Source: an uncultured Planctomycetaceae bacterium (GTDB lineage: Bacteria > Planctomycetota > Phycisphaerae > SM23-33). Taken from it: 64,000 nucleotides of DNA. Both the position numbers and the translations under genes were made by a program. Below, in pieces: positions 25,154 through 33,907 of the stretch. The stretch lies in assembly GCA_964385465.1 (NCBI GenBank), contig CAYLPJ010000011.1, forward strand, positions 185 to 64,184. Reading direction: 5' to 3'. Position 1 is the first letter of the stretch. Each line of letters starts with the position of its first letter. The notes below the pieces were generated by a model. The model saw only the letters and a program-made list of their open reading frames with translations, was not told the DNA's origin and did no database searches.

Positions 25154-26455
25154 TCACGTCGCCGGCGGGTGGAGGTTGGCGGCGGTGAAGGTTTCGACGT
25201 TCTCGGCCAGGACGGCGGGGCGCGGGTCGGCGGGTTCGTCGGCGGCGCGGGTCAGGCGAACGTCCTCGGCGACGAGCTCGCGGCAGTGGCGGGCGTAGAG
25301 CCCCCAGGCCGGCAGCGGGCGGACGCCCTTGTCGGGCGGCTCGGCCGTGGCGGGGATCGCGTCGGCGTCGCGCCCGGCCGATGCGTACTCGACGCGGACA
25401 TCCCGAAGCGCGACGCGCCCGACGGGCTGGTCGTCCAGCCAGCTCTCGAAGGACATGGCCGCGTGGTACGCACCGGTGGCGCTGAGGCGCTCGACGGTGA
25501 TGTCAGCGGCGGAGTTCCCCGCCCGGCGGAGGTAGAGCGTCACGGGGGCCTGGACGTTTCGCATGGTCAGCCCCGAGAGCAGCACGTCGCGGAGCGGGCC
25601 GTCGCAGGCGTCCCACGCGCCCGGCTGGAGCAGGATGCCCCCGAGCATGTTGTGTCGACCCTGCGTGCGGTGCGGGTGCAGGCCGGGGCCGTAGAGCAGG
25701 CAGTCGTGGACGATCATCCCCGCCACCGGCCCGATGATCCGGATGCCGTTGCACGAGGAGTTGATCACGCAGCCGGAGATCAGCAGGCCCTCGGCGTAGC
25801 GCCCGGCGATGCTGTCGTCGCCGGTGAAGAAGCGGCAGCCGGTGATGTGCAGGTTCCGGCAGGGCCGGTCGATCCAGCCGCGGAAGTGCACGCCGTCCCA
25901 GCCACCGGTGACCGTGAGATTGCGGCAATCGACGTCGTCGGAGAACTCGACCATGACGGCGTAGTTGGCCGAGTCGGTGACCGTCACGTCGCGGAGGCTC
26001 ACGCCGCGGCTTCCGCCTACGAGGATCGTGTGCGGCCCCCGCATGCCCTCCTCGCCGGTGGGGTCGGGGACCTTCGCGCCGTCGATGACGCCCGGCCCGG
26101 CGACGCCGGCGTCGCGCACGCCGTCGGCCAGGACCAGCGCGCGGTGCCACTTGCTCCCCCCGGCCTCGGGCGTGCCCGCGGGCGCCGAGTACGCCCGGTA
26201 GGCGTCGAGATCGTCCGTGCCGATCAGCCGCGCGCCGGCATCGAGGTAGAGCACCACTCCGTCGGCCAGCGCGACCGTGCCGCTGCGGTACGCCCCGGGC
26301 GCCAGGCGGACCTGCCCCCCGCCCGCCGCGGCGCAGGCGGCCACGGCGCGGTTGATCGCGGCGGTGTCGTCGGTCCGGCCGTCGCCGGCGGCGCCGTGGG
26401 TGCGCACGTCGAACACGCCGGCCGGGGAAGGCGGCGTCGGAGCGTCGTCGCTCAC
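25154..26455 (-). CDS. Glycoside hydrolase family 28 / pectate-lyase-superfamily beta-helix protein
   Basis: N-terminal FDVRTHGAAGDGRTDDTAAINRAVAACAAAGGGQVRLAPGAY, plus the beta-helix motifs WDGVHF, TGDDSIAG and CNGIRI. The GTG start at 26455 lies 2 nt after the upstream stop, and its AAGGAG Shine-Dalgarno falls inside the last codons of the upstream gene. No signal peptide is visible. Confidence 0.8.
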   Translation of the reverse strand: MSDDAPTPPSPAGVFDVRTHGAAGDGRTDDTAAINRAVAACAAAGGGQVRLAPGAYRSGTVALADGVVLYLDAGARLIGTDDLDAYRAYSAPAGTPEAGGSKWHRALVLADGVRDAGVAGPGVIDGAKVPDPTGEEGMRGPHTILVGGSRGVSLRDVTVTDSANYAVMVEFSDDVDCRNLTVTGGWDGVHFRGWIDRPCRNLHITGCRFFTGDDSIAGRYAEGLLISGCVINSSCNGIRIIGPVAGMIVHDCLLYGPGLHPHRTQGRHNMLGGILLQPGAWDACDGPLRDVLLSGLTMRNVQAPVTLYLRRAGNSAADITVERLSATGAYHAAMSFESWLDDQPVGRVALRDVRVEYASAGRDADAIPATAEPPDKGVRPLPAWGLYARHCRELVAEDVRLTRAADEPADPRPAVLAENVETFTAANLHPPAT

Positions 26456-26457
26456 GG

Positions 26458-28707
26458 TCACTCCTTGCTCGCGGGCGTCTCCGGCCCGCGCCAGACGCTG
26501 CCCCCGAAGGTGGTCACCACGATCTCGCCGTCGGCGCCGGGCGGGAAATGCACGCGCTGGATGTTCGAGAACGGCAGCGCCGCGAACGGTTGCCAGGTCG
26601 CGCCGTCGTCCCGGCTGAGCCACAGCCCCGCGCTGTCCATGGGCACGCCCTCGGTCAGCGTCATGTACATCCAGTCCCGGTGCCGCGGATGATAGAACGC
26701 CCCGAAGTGCTCGGGGCCCTTCTGAACCAGCCGCCGCCACGTCGCCCCGCCGTCGGTCGTGCGGTACAGTCCGCCCTCGGGCCGGCCGCGGCTCGTCGCG
26801 GCCGAGAGGAGAATCGTCCGCCCGTCGCCCGGCCGAACGGTGAAGTCCTTCGGCCAGCGGATGGGCAGGGATTCGGTGACCTCCCGCCAGGTCTCGCCGC
26901 GGTCGTCGCTGCGGTAGAGCCCGACGCCCTTGTCGGTGAGCTCCCCGCCGGGCAGGCGTTTGGCGGTGACCAGCACGAACAGCGTGCCGTCGGCGTGGAG
27001 GTGCAGCTTGCAGCACCGCATGTTCGTCGGATGGCCGAGCCCCTCGCTCCGCAGGCGCCAAGTCGCCCCGCCGTCGTCGCTGCGGTAGACGCCCTTGTCC
27101 CAGATCGACGCGTACAGGCGCCGGGCGTTTGGCCGGGAGTTGGCGTCCAGCACGATGGACAGGCACGGCTTGGGGGGCAGGCCGGGGACCTTCTCCCACG
27201 TGACGCCGAAGTCGTCGCTGCGGGCAAGCCCGCCGGGGTAGTCCGCCCGGTGTCGGCCGGAGATGACGTTCCAGTTCGGGATGTCATGCACGTTGGACAT
27301 CGCCGCCCAGATGCGCCCCTCGACGGCGGGATCGAAGGCAAGCTCGTAGGTGGTGTTCCGCCATGGCAGGGAGTGCCCGGCCCAGGTCCAGGTCTTGCCG
27401 GCGTCGCGACTGCGGGCGAAGCCGATATCGGTGTAGCAGATGTAGTGGCGGTTCGGCTGGTGAGGGTCGACGTCGTAGTTCCACGTGGTGGTGACGACGA
27501 GCCCGTTGTTCGTCCAGGCGGTCTTCTTGCCGGCTCCGCCGGCGGGCGGGCCCGTGTGGCAGACGCGCCACGTCTTCCCGCCGTCGTCGGTGCGGTAAAG
27601 GAACATGCCCGTGCACATCATCACCACATCCGGGTGGCCGGGATTGACGACGAAGCTGCTGGGCACGGACTGCCACCGCTGCCCGACGCCGCGGGAGAGC
27701 CAGTCGTCGGCGACGTTGTACTGCTTGAACCGCGGGTCGGAGAAGAACACCGCCCGCCAGCGTCCGCCGGCATCGTCGGTGCGGTAGACGGTCGCGTGGT
27801 TCGGCGGGAAGTAGCTCGTGCCCGCGTCGTGAACGTACGCCCGGCGTGGCTCGACGTCCGTCGTGCGGATGAAGCCGTAGCGAGGCACGTCGCCGTGGGC
27901 CCACTGGCTGGATCGCTTCGTCTGCGTGTTCAGGCCCGTCATGCAGCGGGTCCACTTCACGCCTCGGTTCGTCGAGACGTACACGCCGCCGGTGAGCTCG
28001 CCCCCCTCGACGCCGCACTCGGCAGTGAGGTACAGGCACGTCGCCTCGCCGTTCGAGCCCATGGCAAAGCTGAGGATCTTCCCTTCCGGCAGGATCTGGC
28101 GCGTGGTCCGCACGAAGCGCTTTCCGCCGTCGGTGGAGACGAACACGCTCTCGGTCGTGCCGAGGTAGATCGCGTCGCGGCCGTGCTCGCCGCCCATCCC
28201 CAGCGGACGGCCCGTGAAGCCCTTGCACGGCGTCCAGCTCTTGCCCCCGTCATCGGTGACGGCCAGGGCCTTGCCGGAAGCGGCGAACAGCCGCTCGGGT
28301 TTCCCCGGCGGCGCGTGGAGGTACAGCAGCGTGGGCCGGCCTCGCCACGGCGGGCGGGTCGGCAGCTCTCGCCAGGTCGCGCCGCCGTCGTCGCTGACGT
28401 GCACGCGCCCGGTCCAGCCGCTGCCGGAGTAGATGCGTCCGGCCTTGCGGGGGTGGAACACCGGGGAGCAGGACGTGCAGCCGCGAAGCTGGGCGTGATG
28501 GACCATCCGCCACGTCCGCCCGGCATCGCGGGACATGTAGGCCGCGGACATGTCACAGTGGACCATCATGGCGTCCGCGTCGACCCCGCTGCCGGCGAGG
28601 CTGAACAGCGCCCCACCCCCGCACAGCCCCACCGGCCGCCATGCCGTCTCCGCCGCTTCGGCCCCCGCCGCCAGGAACAAGCACGCCGCCAGGATCATCC
28701 GTCGCAT
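26458..28707 (-). CDS. Secreted double beta-propeller Asp-box (BNR) protein, GH74/sortilin-like
   Basis: ATG 28707 behind CAGGAGG. Signal MRRMILAACLFLAAGAEA. About 13 Asp-box motifs (SxDxGxTW: SDDGGATW, TDDGGKSW, TDDGGKTW, SRDAGKTW and others), consistent with two 7-bladed propellers. Confidence 0.85.
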   Translation of the reverse strand: MRRMILAACLFLAAGAEAAETAWRPVGLCGGGALFSLAGSGVDADAMMVHCDMSAAYMSRDAGRTWRMVHHAQLRGCTSCSPVFHPRKAGRIYSGSGWTGRVHVSDDGGATWRELPTRPPWRGRPTLLYLHAPPGKPERLFAASGKALAVTDDGGKSWTPCKGFTGRPLGMGGEHGRDAIYLGTTESVFVSTDGGKRFVRTTRQILPEGKILSFAMGSNGEATCLYLTAECGVEGGELTGGVYVSTNRGVKWTRCMTGLNTQTKRSSQWAHGDVPRYGFIRTTDVEPRRAYVHDAGTSYFPPNHATVYRTDDAGGRWRAVFFSDPRFKQYNVADDWLSRGVGQRWQSVPSSFVVNPGHPDVVMMCTGMFLYRTDDGGKTWRVCHTGPPAGGAGKKTAWTNNGLVVTTTWNYDVDPHQPNRHYICYTDIGFARSRDAGKTWTWAGHSLPWRNTTYELAFDPAVEGRIWAAMSNVHDIPNWNVISGRHRADYPGGLARSDDFGVTWEKVPGLPPKPCLSIVLDANSRPNARRLYASIWDKGVYRSDDGGATWRLRSEGLGHPTNMRCCKLHLHADGTLFVLVTAKRLPGGELTDKGVGLYRSDDRGETWREVTESLPIRWPKDFTVRPGDGRTILLSAATSRGRPEGGLYRTTDGGATWRRLVQKGPEHFGAFYHPRHRDWMYMTLTEGVPMDSAGLWLSRDDGATWQPFAALPFSNIQRVHFPPGADGEIVVTTFGGSVWRGPETPASKE

Positions 28708-28729
28708 GGCAGGCCTCCTGCAAAACGAA

Positions 28730-28815
28730 GCAGGGATGAACACAGACGAACCTGGATACGGTGGAGCTTGCACGACTCCGACGGTGTATCCGCGTCCATC
28801 CGCGTTCATCCCTGC
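28730..28815. repeat. 86-nt imperfect inverted repeat (extended hairpin) in an intergenic spacer
   Basis: The outer 12 nt are perfectly complementary (GCAGGGATGAAC at 28730-28741 and GTTCATCCCTGC at 28804-28815). Inner pairing includes GGATAC/GTATCC. The region is locally AT-richer. Confidence 0.7.
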
Positions 28816-28830
28816 GATGGTCCTTCAGAA

Positions 28831-28849
28831 CCGCCCGGGACGCGGGCGG
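28831..28849 (-). terminator. GC hairpin immediately after the Gfo/Idh/MocA stop
   Basis: CCGCCCG-ggacg-CGGGCGG, 5 nt downstream of the stop at 28854. On the transcribed strand it is followed by TTCTGAAGG. Confidence 0.4.
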
Positions 28850-28853
28850 GCTG

Positions 28854-30236
28854 TCACGCCAGCTTGTAGAACTCCTCCCAGCCCTTGCGGGGCGGCAGGC
28901 CGGTCAGGAGCTTGTTGGCGGTCTCGTTGTTGAGGATCTGCTTCTTCTGCACGTCGAACTGGAGCTTCCCGCCCAGGCGCTGGGCGATCACGCCCAGCAG
29001 GAACACCTGCGTCAGCGGGCCGGCGACGTCGAAGCTCGACCGCGTCTTCTCCTCGCCCTTGGCGGCCAGGAGGAAGTTCTCGGCGTGGCTGGAATGATGC
29101 CCGGTGATCTTCGGCAGGTCCTTGGCCATGTCCTTCATCTTCGACTCGGGGATGATCCGCAGCGTCGAGCCGTGCGTCCCGCCGTAGAAGATCAGGTCGT
29201 CGGAGTAGATCACCTTCCCGCATCGGCGCATCTTGCGCTTCTCGCCCAGTTCCTTCGGGCGCGGCGGGAAGTTCTTCGTGCCATCGTACCAGGTGATGTC
29301 CATCCCCGGCATGTCGCCGCGGGGACCGAAGACGAACCGGATCGTCGACGCCTGCGGGAAGATCCACTTGTTGGGCCCGTCCAGCTTGACCGCCTCGACC
29401 TCCTTGGGGTAGCCCAGCTTCAGGAAGCGGTGGATCGTGTCCAGCGTGTGCGGGCCCCAGTCGCCGAACGCGCCGTTGCCGAAGTGATACCAGCTCCGCC
29501 AGTTGCCCGGGTGAAGCTTGTTGCTGTACGGGTGGAACGGCCGCGTCGCCAGCCACAGGTCCCAGTCCAGCCCCTCGGGCTTCTTCTCGTCGGTCGGGTA
29601 GCCGTCGATCTTCCAGCCGTGCCAGCGGCGCGGCTTGTTCATGAAGGCGTCCACGTGGCGGACGTTCTTGATCACGCCGTTGTTGACCCACGACTCGAAC
29701 TGGAGGTAGTTGTTGCCCGAGTGCCCCTGGTTGCCCATCTGGCAGGCGACCTTGTACTTCTTCTCGGCCTTCATCAACAGCTCGACTTCCTCGAACGTGT
29801 GCGCCAGGGGCTTCTCGACGTAGATGTGCTTGCCCAGCGACATCGCCAGCATGGCGACCGGGAAGTGCGAGTGATCGGGGATGGCGATCTGGCAGGCGTC
29901 GATCTCGTCGCCCATCTTGTCGAACATCACGCGGAAGTCCTTGAACTTCCGCGCCTTGGGGAAGCGCTTCTCCAGGCCCGCCGTGTGACCGGTTCCCATG
30001 GCCACGTCGCACATCGCCACGATGTTCGCCATGCCCGTCACGTCGAACGTCTTGCCCAGGCTCCCGCCGCGCCCGCCGATGCCGATCAGCGCCAGGTTCA
30101 CCCGCTCGCTCGGAGGAAGCTCCTTCCGCTTGCCCAAGGCCCCCGCCGGCAGCGCCGCCGCAGCCGCGGCCGCGGCCGTGCCTTTCATGAAAGTCCGCCG
30201 GTTCATTCCCGTCACCTGTCGCGATCGTTTCGTCAT
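28854..30236 (-). CDS. Gfo/Idh/MocA-family oxidoreductase with a twin-arginine (TAT) signal
   Basis: MTKRSRQVTGMNRRTFMKGTAAAAAAAALPAGALG, followed by a Rossmann segment LALIGIGGRGG and the VEKP motif. A GAGAGGA Shine-Dalgarno lies 7 nt before ATG 30236. Confidence 0.88.
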   Translation of the reverse strand: MTKRSRQVTGMNRRTFMKGTAAAAAAAALPAGALGKRKELPPSERVNLALIGIGGRGGSLGKTFDVTGMANIVAMCDVAMGTGHTAGLEKRFPKARKFKDFRVMFDKMGDEIDACQIAIPDHSHFPVAMLAMSLGKHIYVEKPLAHTFEEVELLMKAEKKYKVACQMGNQGHSGNNYLQFESWVNNGVIKNVRHVDAFMNKPRRWHGWKIDGYPTDEKKPEGLDWDLWLATRPFHPYSNKLHPGNWRSWYHFGNGAFGDWGPHTLDTIHRFLKLGYPKEVEAVKLDGPNKWIFPQASTIRFVFGPRGDMPGMDITWYDGTKNFPPRPKELGEKRKMRRCGKVIYSDDLIFYGGTHGSTLRIIPESKMKDMAKDLPKITGHHSSHAENFLLAAKGEEKTRSSFDVAGPLTQVFLLGVIAQRLGGKLQFDVQKKQILNNETANKLLTGLPPRKGWEEFYKLA

Positions 30237-30263
30237 GGAAGCGTCCTCTCGAATGCGTGTTGC

Positions 30264-30284
30264 GCCCGCCGCGATCCGGCGGGC
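30264..30284 (-). terminator. GC hairpin after the Gfo/Idh/MocA gene 30355..31491
   Basis: GCCCGCCG-cgatc-CGGCGGGC, about 70 nt downstream of the stop. No U-tract follows. Confidence 0.3.
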
Positions 30285-30354
30285 ATCGAAACCAACCTTC
30301 ATTGTATGCTGAAACACCGCCGGGACAAGACGGGACCGTGAGACCGCAAGACCG

Positions 30355-31491
30355 TCACGCCCAGACCTTCTCCTGCGTGTACGGGTCGATCGCGGTGCTG
30401 ACGGAGTTGGTGCGGATCTCGTCGGCGGTCACCTCGCGCCCCTGCCGGCCCGACATGTAGATGCCCTCGCTGATCAGGGCGGTGTTCAGGGCGATCTCGG
30501 CGGTGGGCAGCAGTTCGACGCGGCCCTGGAGCACGGCCGCCCAATGGTGCTGGGGCGAGTCGTAGGCGTCGGTGTCCGGCAGGCAGGCGTGCCACCGGCG
30601 GTCGGTCCCACCGAGGTCGAAGGTGGTCACGGCGGGGGCGTCGGCCATGCTGGAGAAGAACGTCAGGGGGTTGAGCCGGATCCCGCCGGCGCCACCGAGG
30701 ACCTTGCTGGCCTCGGTGCCGTCGTGATGGACGGCCCAGGCCTCCTCGACGTCGAGGGTGATCCCGCCGGCCAGGCGGGCCCAGCCGAGCCCGAGCTCCT
30801 CGACGCTGTAGCCGGAGAACTCCCGGCGGTCGGGATACATCTCCAGCTCCTGGTGGGTCGAGCCGGTGACCGTCTGCACCTCCGGGTTGCCCAGCAGGTA
30901 AAGCATGTTGGCGATGTGATAGACGCCCATGTCGAACAGCGCCCCGCCGGCGGAGATGGCCTTGTCCACGAACGTCGGCGACCCGTAGCCGTCCACGAAC
31001 GGGCGCCCCCGGCGGCGGTAGCCCACCGACCGGGCGTAGTAGAGCGTGCCGAGGTGCCCGTCGTCGATCAGCCGCCGGGCGAGCTTGGTATCCATGCTGA
31101 ACAGCGAGGCGAGCTGGATGCTCAGCCGCCGCCCGAGGCGGCGGGCGGTCTCGTACATCGCCTCGGCGTCGGCGTACGCCCCGGCCATCGGCTTCTCGCA
31201 GTAGACATCCTTGCCGGCCTCGAGGGCGGCGATGGTGACCGGAGCGTGCTTGTTGTTGTGCACGCAGACGTCGACGGCCCGGATGTCGTCCCGCGCAAGC
31301 AGGTCCTTGAAGTCCGCGTAGGTGTCGGGGATGTCAAACTCCGCCGCCCGCGCCGCCAGGCGCTGGGGGAACAGGTCGCTGGCGCCCACCACCTCCACCC
31401 CCTCGATGTCCCGGTACCTCTGGAGATGCCGCGTCCCGATCTGCCCCACCCCGATGATCCCGATCCGAACCTTCTCACCGACGTCACTCAT
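30355..31491 (-). CDS. Gfo/Idh/MocA-family oxidoreductase (cytoplasmic)
   Basis: N-terminal Rossmann segment VRIGIIGVGQIGTRH and the CEKP motif. 378 aa with clean protein-like composition. Confidence 0.9.
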   Translation of the reverse strand: MSDVGEKVRIGIIGVGQIGTRHLQRYRDIEGVEVVGASDLFPQRLAARAAEFDIPDTYADFKDLLARDDIRAVDVCVHNNKHAPVTIAALEAGKDVYCEKPMAGAYADAEAMYETARRLGRRLSIQLASLFSMDTKLARRLIDDGHLGTLYYARSVGYRRRGRPFVDGYGSPTFVDKAISAGGALFDMGVYHIANMLYLLGNPEVQTVTGSTHQELEMYPDRREFSGYSVEELGLGWARLAGGITLDVEEAWAVHHDGTEASKVLGGAGGIRLNPLTFFSSMADAPAVTTFDLGGTDRRWHACLPDTDAYDSPQHHWAAVLQGRVELLPTAEIALNTALISEGIYMSGRQGREVTADEIRTNSVSTAIDPYTQEKVWA

Positions 31492-31539
31492 GGATGTCTC
31501 CCAAACGGTTTCGATCGATCCTCTCGCGGCCCGAGGCCG

Positions 31540-33768
31540 TCACTTCCCGGCCCTGATCCGCCATGCGTCGCCTTCCGCGGCGAACGTCAGCAGGTGCTGC
31601 TCCTCCGGCCAGCGGACGCTCAGCGCCCGGCCGGGGGTCTTCCACGCGGTTGTCGGCAGGGCCTCGCCGGCAACGTGGGGCAGCAGCATGATCTTGAACG
31701 CCGGCGCGACGGCGCGGCACTGGAGGATCAGCCGCCTGGCGTGGGTCTTCGTGTTGCGGCGCTTGTCCACGTGGGCGACGTAGGCCTCCATCCGCCCGGT
31801 CAGGCCGCCGGCCGTCGCGTCGGCCTGGAGGACGCGGACAAGCAGGCGGCGCCCGGGCTTCTCGTCGCCGGGATTCCCGTCCGCCTTTCCGCCGGCCGTC
31901 TCGCCGAGAATGAAGTCCCCGCCGTCCTGGCCGATCAGCTCCAGGTCCGCGGGCACCTGCATGTACCAGGCGTACGTGTGCTCGCCGTCGTCCTTCTGGA
32001 TGTCGTCGGCGACGATCGCGTAGGGGTGCCGGCCGCGGACAAGCGCGGTCGCACGCCGGGCCCGCAGCACGGGGTTGTACGGGCGGCGGCGCATCCAGTT
32101 GCCGGCCGGAAGGCTGGTGCGATAGCCGGTCTTGCTGGCGTAGATCTGCTCCGGGAGCCAGCCCGGGGCGTGCTCGCGGGGCCAGCCGAGGTCGCGCGGG
32201 TCCGACCGCTCGGGGGCCCACGGCTCGGGAAACGCCTTGTCCTTGCTCGGCCAGGGCGGGCTCCACTGCCAGTCGTAGGCGTACTTCAGGTCGGCCGAGC
32301 CGGTCGTCGCCAGCGGCGTGTCGCGATGCGCCACGAAGCGGACGCTGGGCGCCTTCCACCCCTGGGCCTTGCCGTCGATATGCACCAGCGAGTTCTCGTC
32401 GCTGAGCTGCCACTTGTGGAAGCTCCCGTTGGCGGCCCAGTTCCGCCCCAGCGCCGAGAGCGTGAAGTGCCCGCGGTCCACCTTGTCGTGACCGATCAGG
32501 AACGCGTCCGGGCGGGCGTCCAGCGTGAATTGCAGGGCGTCCGTGGACCAGTCGCTACGGGCGACCAGCTTACCCCGCACGGGATAGAAACGGGCCCGCG
32601 GCAGGCCGGACTCGGCCAGCATCCGCTCGCGGCCGGCCGGGCCGCGCCAGTCCCCGCCGAACAGCAGATACCCCAGGTGCGCCTGCCAGCGGAACGGCCG
32701 GTCGTAGTCGTCGCCGACGGTGTGCCGCCATGCGTAGTTCGCGGCCGGGTCGCGCGGGTACATGTAGCGCCCGACGAGGATGCACGTGGGGTAGAGCTCT
32801 GCCACCATGGACAGCGACGCCCCGCCGACGAAGGCCCCGCGGGGGAAGGGCTCGAATTCCAGGGCGACGTACTCGAGGTAGTTGCGGTACTTGGCCGTGG
32901 CGAAGACGTTGTCCCCTCGCCGGGCGAGCGCGAGCAGCCCCCGCGAGCCGGCCCGCAGGCCGAGTTGCATGTAGGCGTCCTCGTGGGCGGCACCGAGATC
33001 GGTGTAGCCCACGTCCCAGTAGTCCAGCAGGATCCGTCGGATCCGCTCGTAGGTGGGCTTGTCGAAGCCCTCTTCGCCCTCGATCGCGCAGAGCAGCACG
33101 GCCAGGTCGCCGTGGTAGCCGTAGTGGTTGCTGGCGGCGAAGCCTCTGGGCAGGCCGGACCCGTACGGCGTGCGCCCGGCGGTGGCGGTGGCGATGGCCT
33201 CACGGACGACGGCGCGCTGGGCGTCGGTCATGGTATTGAAGAGCACGTCGTAGCTGACGGCCAGGCCTGCGGCGCCGATCGTCCAGCTCTCGCCGACGGT
33301 GTAGTTGGTGGTGTCCCACAGCCGCGCGGGGCCGCCGATTCCGAGCTCCTTCGAGGCCAGCAGGATCCGCCCGTGGGCGGCGATCACCCGCGCCATGAAC
33401 TCCGCAAGCTCCTTGTCCTCGTACGCCGCGGCATAGACCGACGCGACGCCCCACTGGATGTTGCGGCCCTCGGCAGGCTTCATGTGCTTCTCGATGACCT
33501 CGCGGGGGATGTCGCCGGCGCCCAGTTCCGCCAGGTTGGCGTACTGGTTCTTCACCTGCCCGACGACGCCGAGGACGGTCTTCCTGAACGTGCGGCCGAA
33601 GGTCGTCGTCTCCATCCGCCGCCGGATGCGCGGCAGCTCGTCGGCATTGAAGAACACCCGCGGGTGCACGCCGGCCGCCGGCGCCTCGCCGAGCAGGCGG
33701 CAGCCGTTGGCATCCAGCGCATACCCGGTCGGTGCGGCGAGGTTCCCGCCGAAGACGTGGGTCGCCAT
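31540..33768 (-). CDS. Heparinase II/III-like / alginate-lyase-fold polysaccharide lyase family protein
   Basis: An alpha/alpha toroid-like N-terminal half is followed by a C-terminal half with the block FLIGHDKVDRGHFTLSALGRNWAANG, reminiscent of Hepar_II_III domains. The first ATG is at 33768, but a signal-peptide-like segment is encoded in frame upstream of it (see findings). Confidence 0.65.
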   Translation of the reverse strand: MATHVFGGNLAAPTGYALDANGCRLLGEAPAAGVHPRVFFNADELPRIRRRMETTTFGRTFRKTVLGVVGQVKNQYANLAELGAGDIPREVIEKHMKPAEGRNIQWGVASVYAAAYEDKELAEFMARVIAAHGRILLASKELGIGGPARLWDTTNYTVGESWTIGAAGLAVSYDVLFNTMTDAQRAVVREAIATATAGRTPYGSGLPRGFAASNHYGYHGDLAVLLCAIEGEEGFDKPTYERIRRILLDYWDVGYTDLGAAHEDAYMQLGLRAGSRGLLALARRGDNVFATAKYRNYLEYVALEFEPFPRGAFVGGASLSMVAELYPTCILVGRYMYPRDPAANYAWRHTVGDDYDRPFRWQAHLGYLLFGGDWRGPAGRERMLAESGLPRARFYPVRGKLVARSDWSTDALQFTLDARPDAFLIGHDKVDRGHFTLSALGRNWAANGSFHKWQLSDENSLVHIDGKAQGWKAPSVRFVAHRDTPLATTGSADLKYAYDWQWSPPWPSKDKAFPEPWAPERSDPRDLGWPREHAPGWLPEQIYASKTGYRTSLPAGNWMRRRPYNPVLRARRATALVRGRHPYAIVADDIQKDDGEHTYAWYMQVPADLELIGQDGGDFILGETAGGKADGNPGDEKPGRRLLVRVLQADATAGGLTGRMEAYVAHVDKRRNTKTHARRLILQCRAVAPAFKIMLLPHVAGEALPTTAWKTPGRALSVRWPEEQHLLTFAAEGDAWRIRAGK

Positions 33769-33907
33769 GCACGCGCACGCCACGCACGCGATGAGGACCG
33801 CGAAGGTTCCTTTGGGCTTCCGCCCCGGCCGGCTCCCGATCGCCTCTCGGATGTCGGGGAGCGGCGAGTTCGGGACGCGGCATGACAGTTCGGTCGGCCT
33901 CGTGGCG

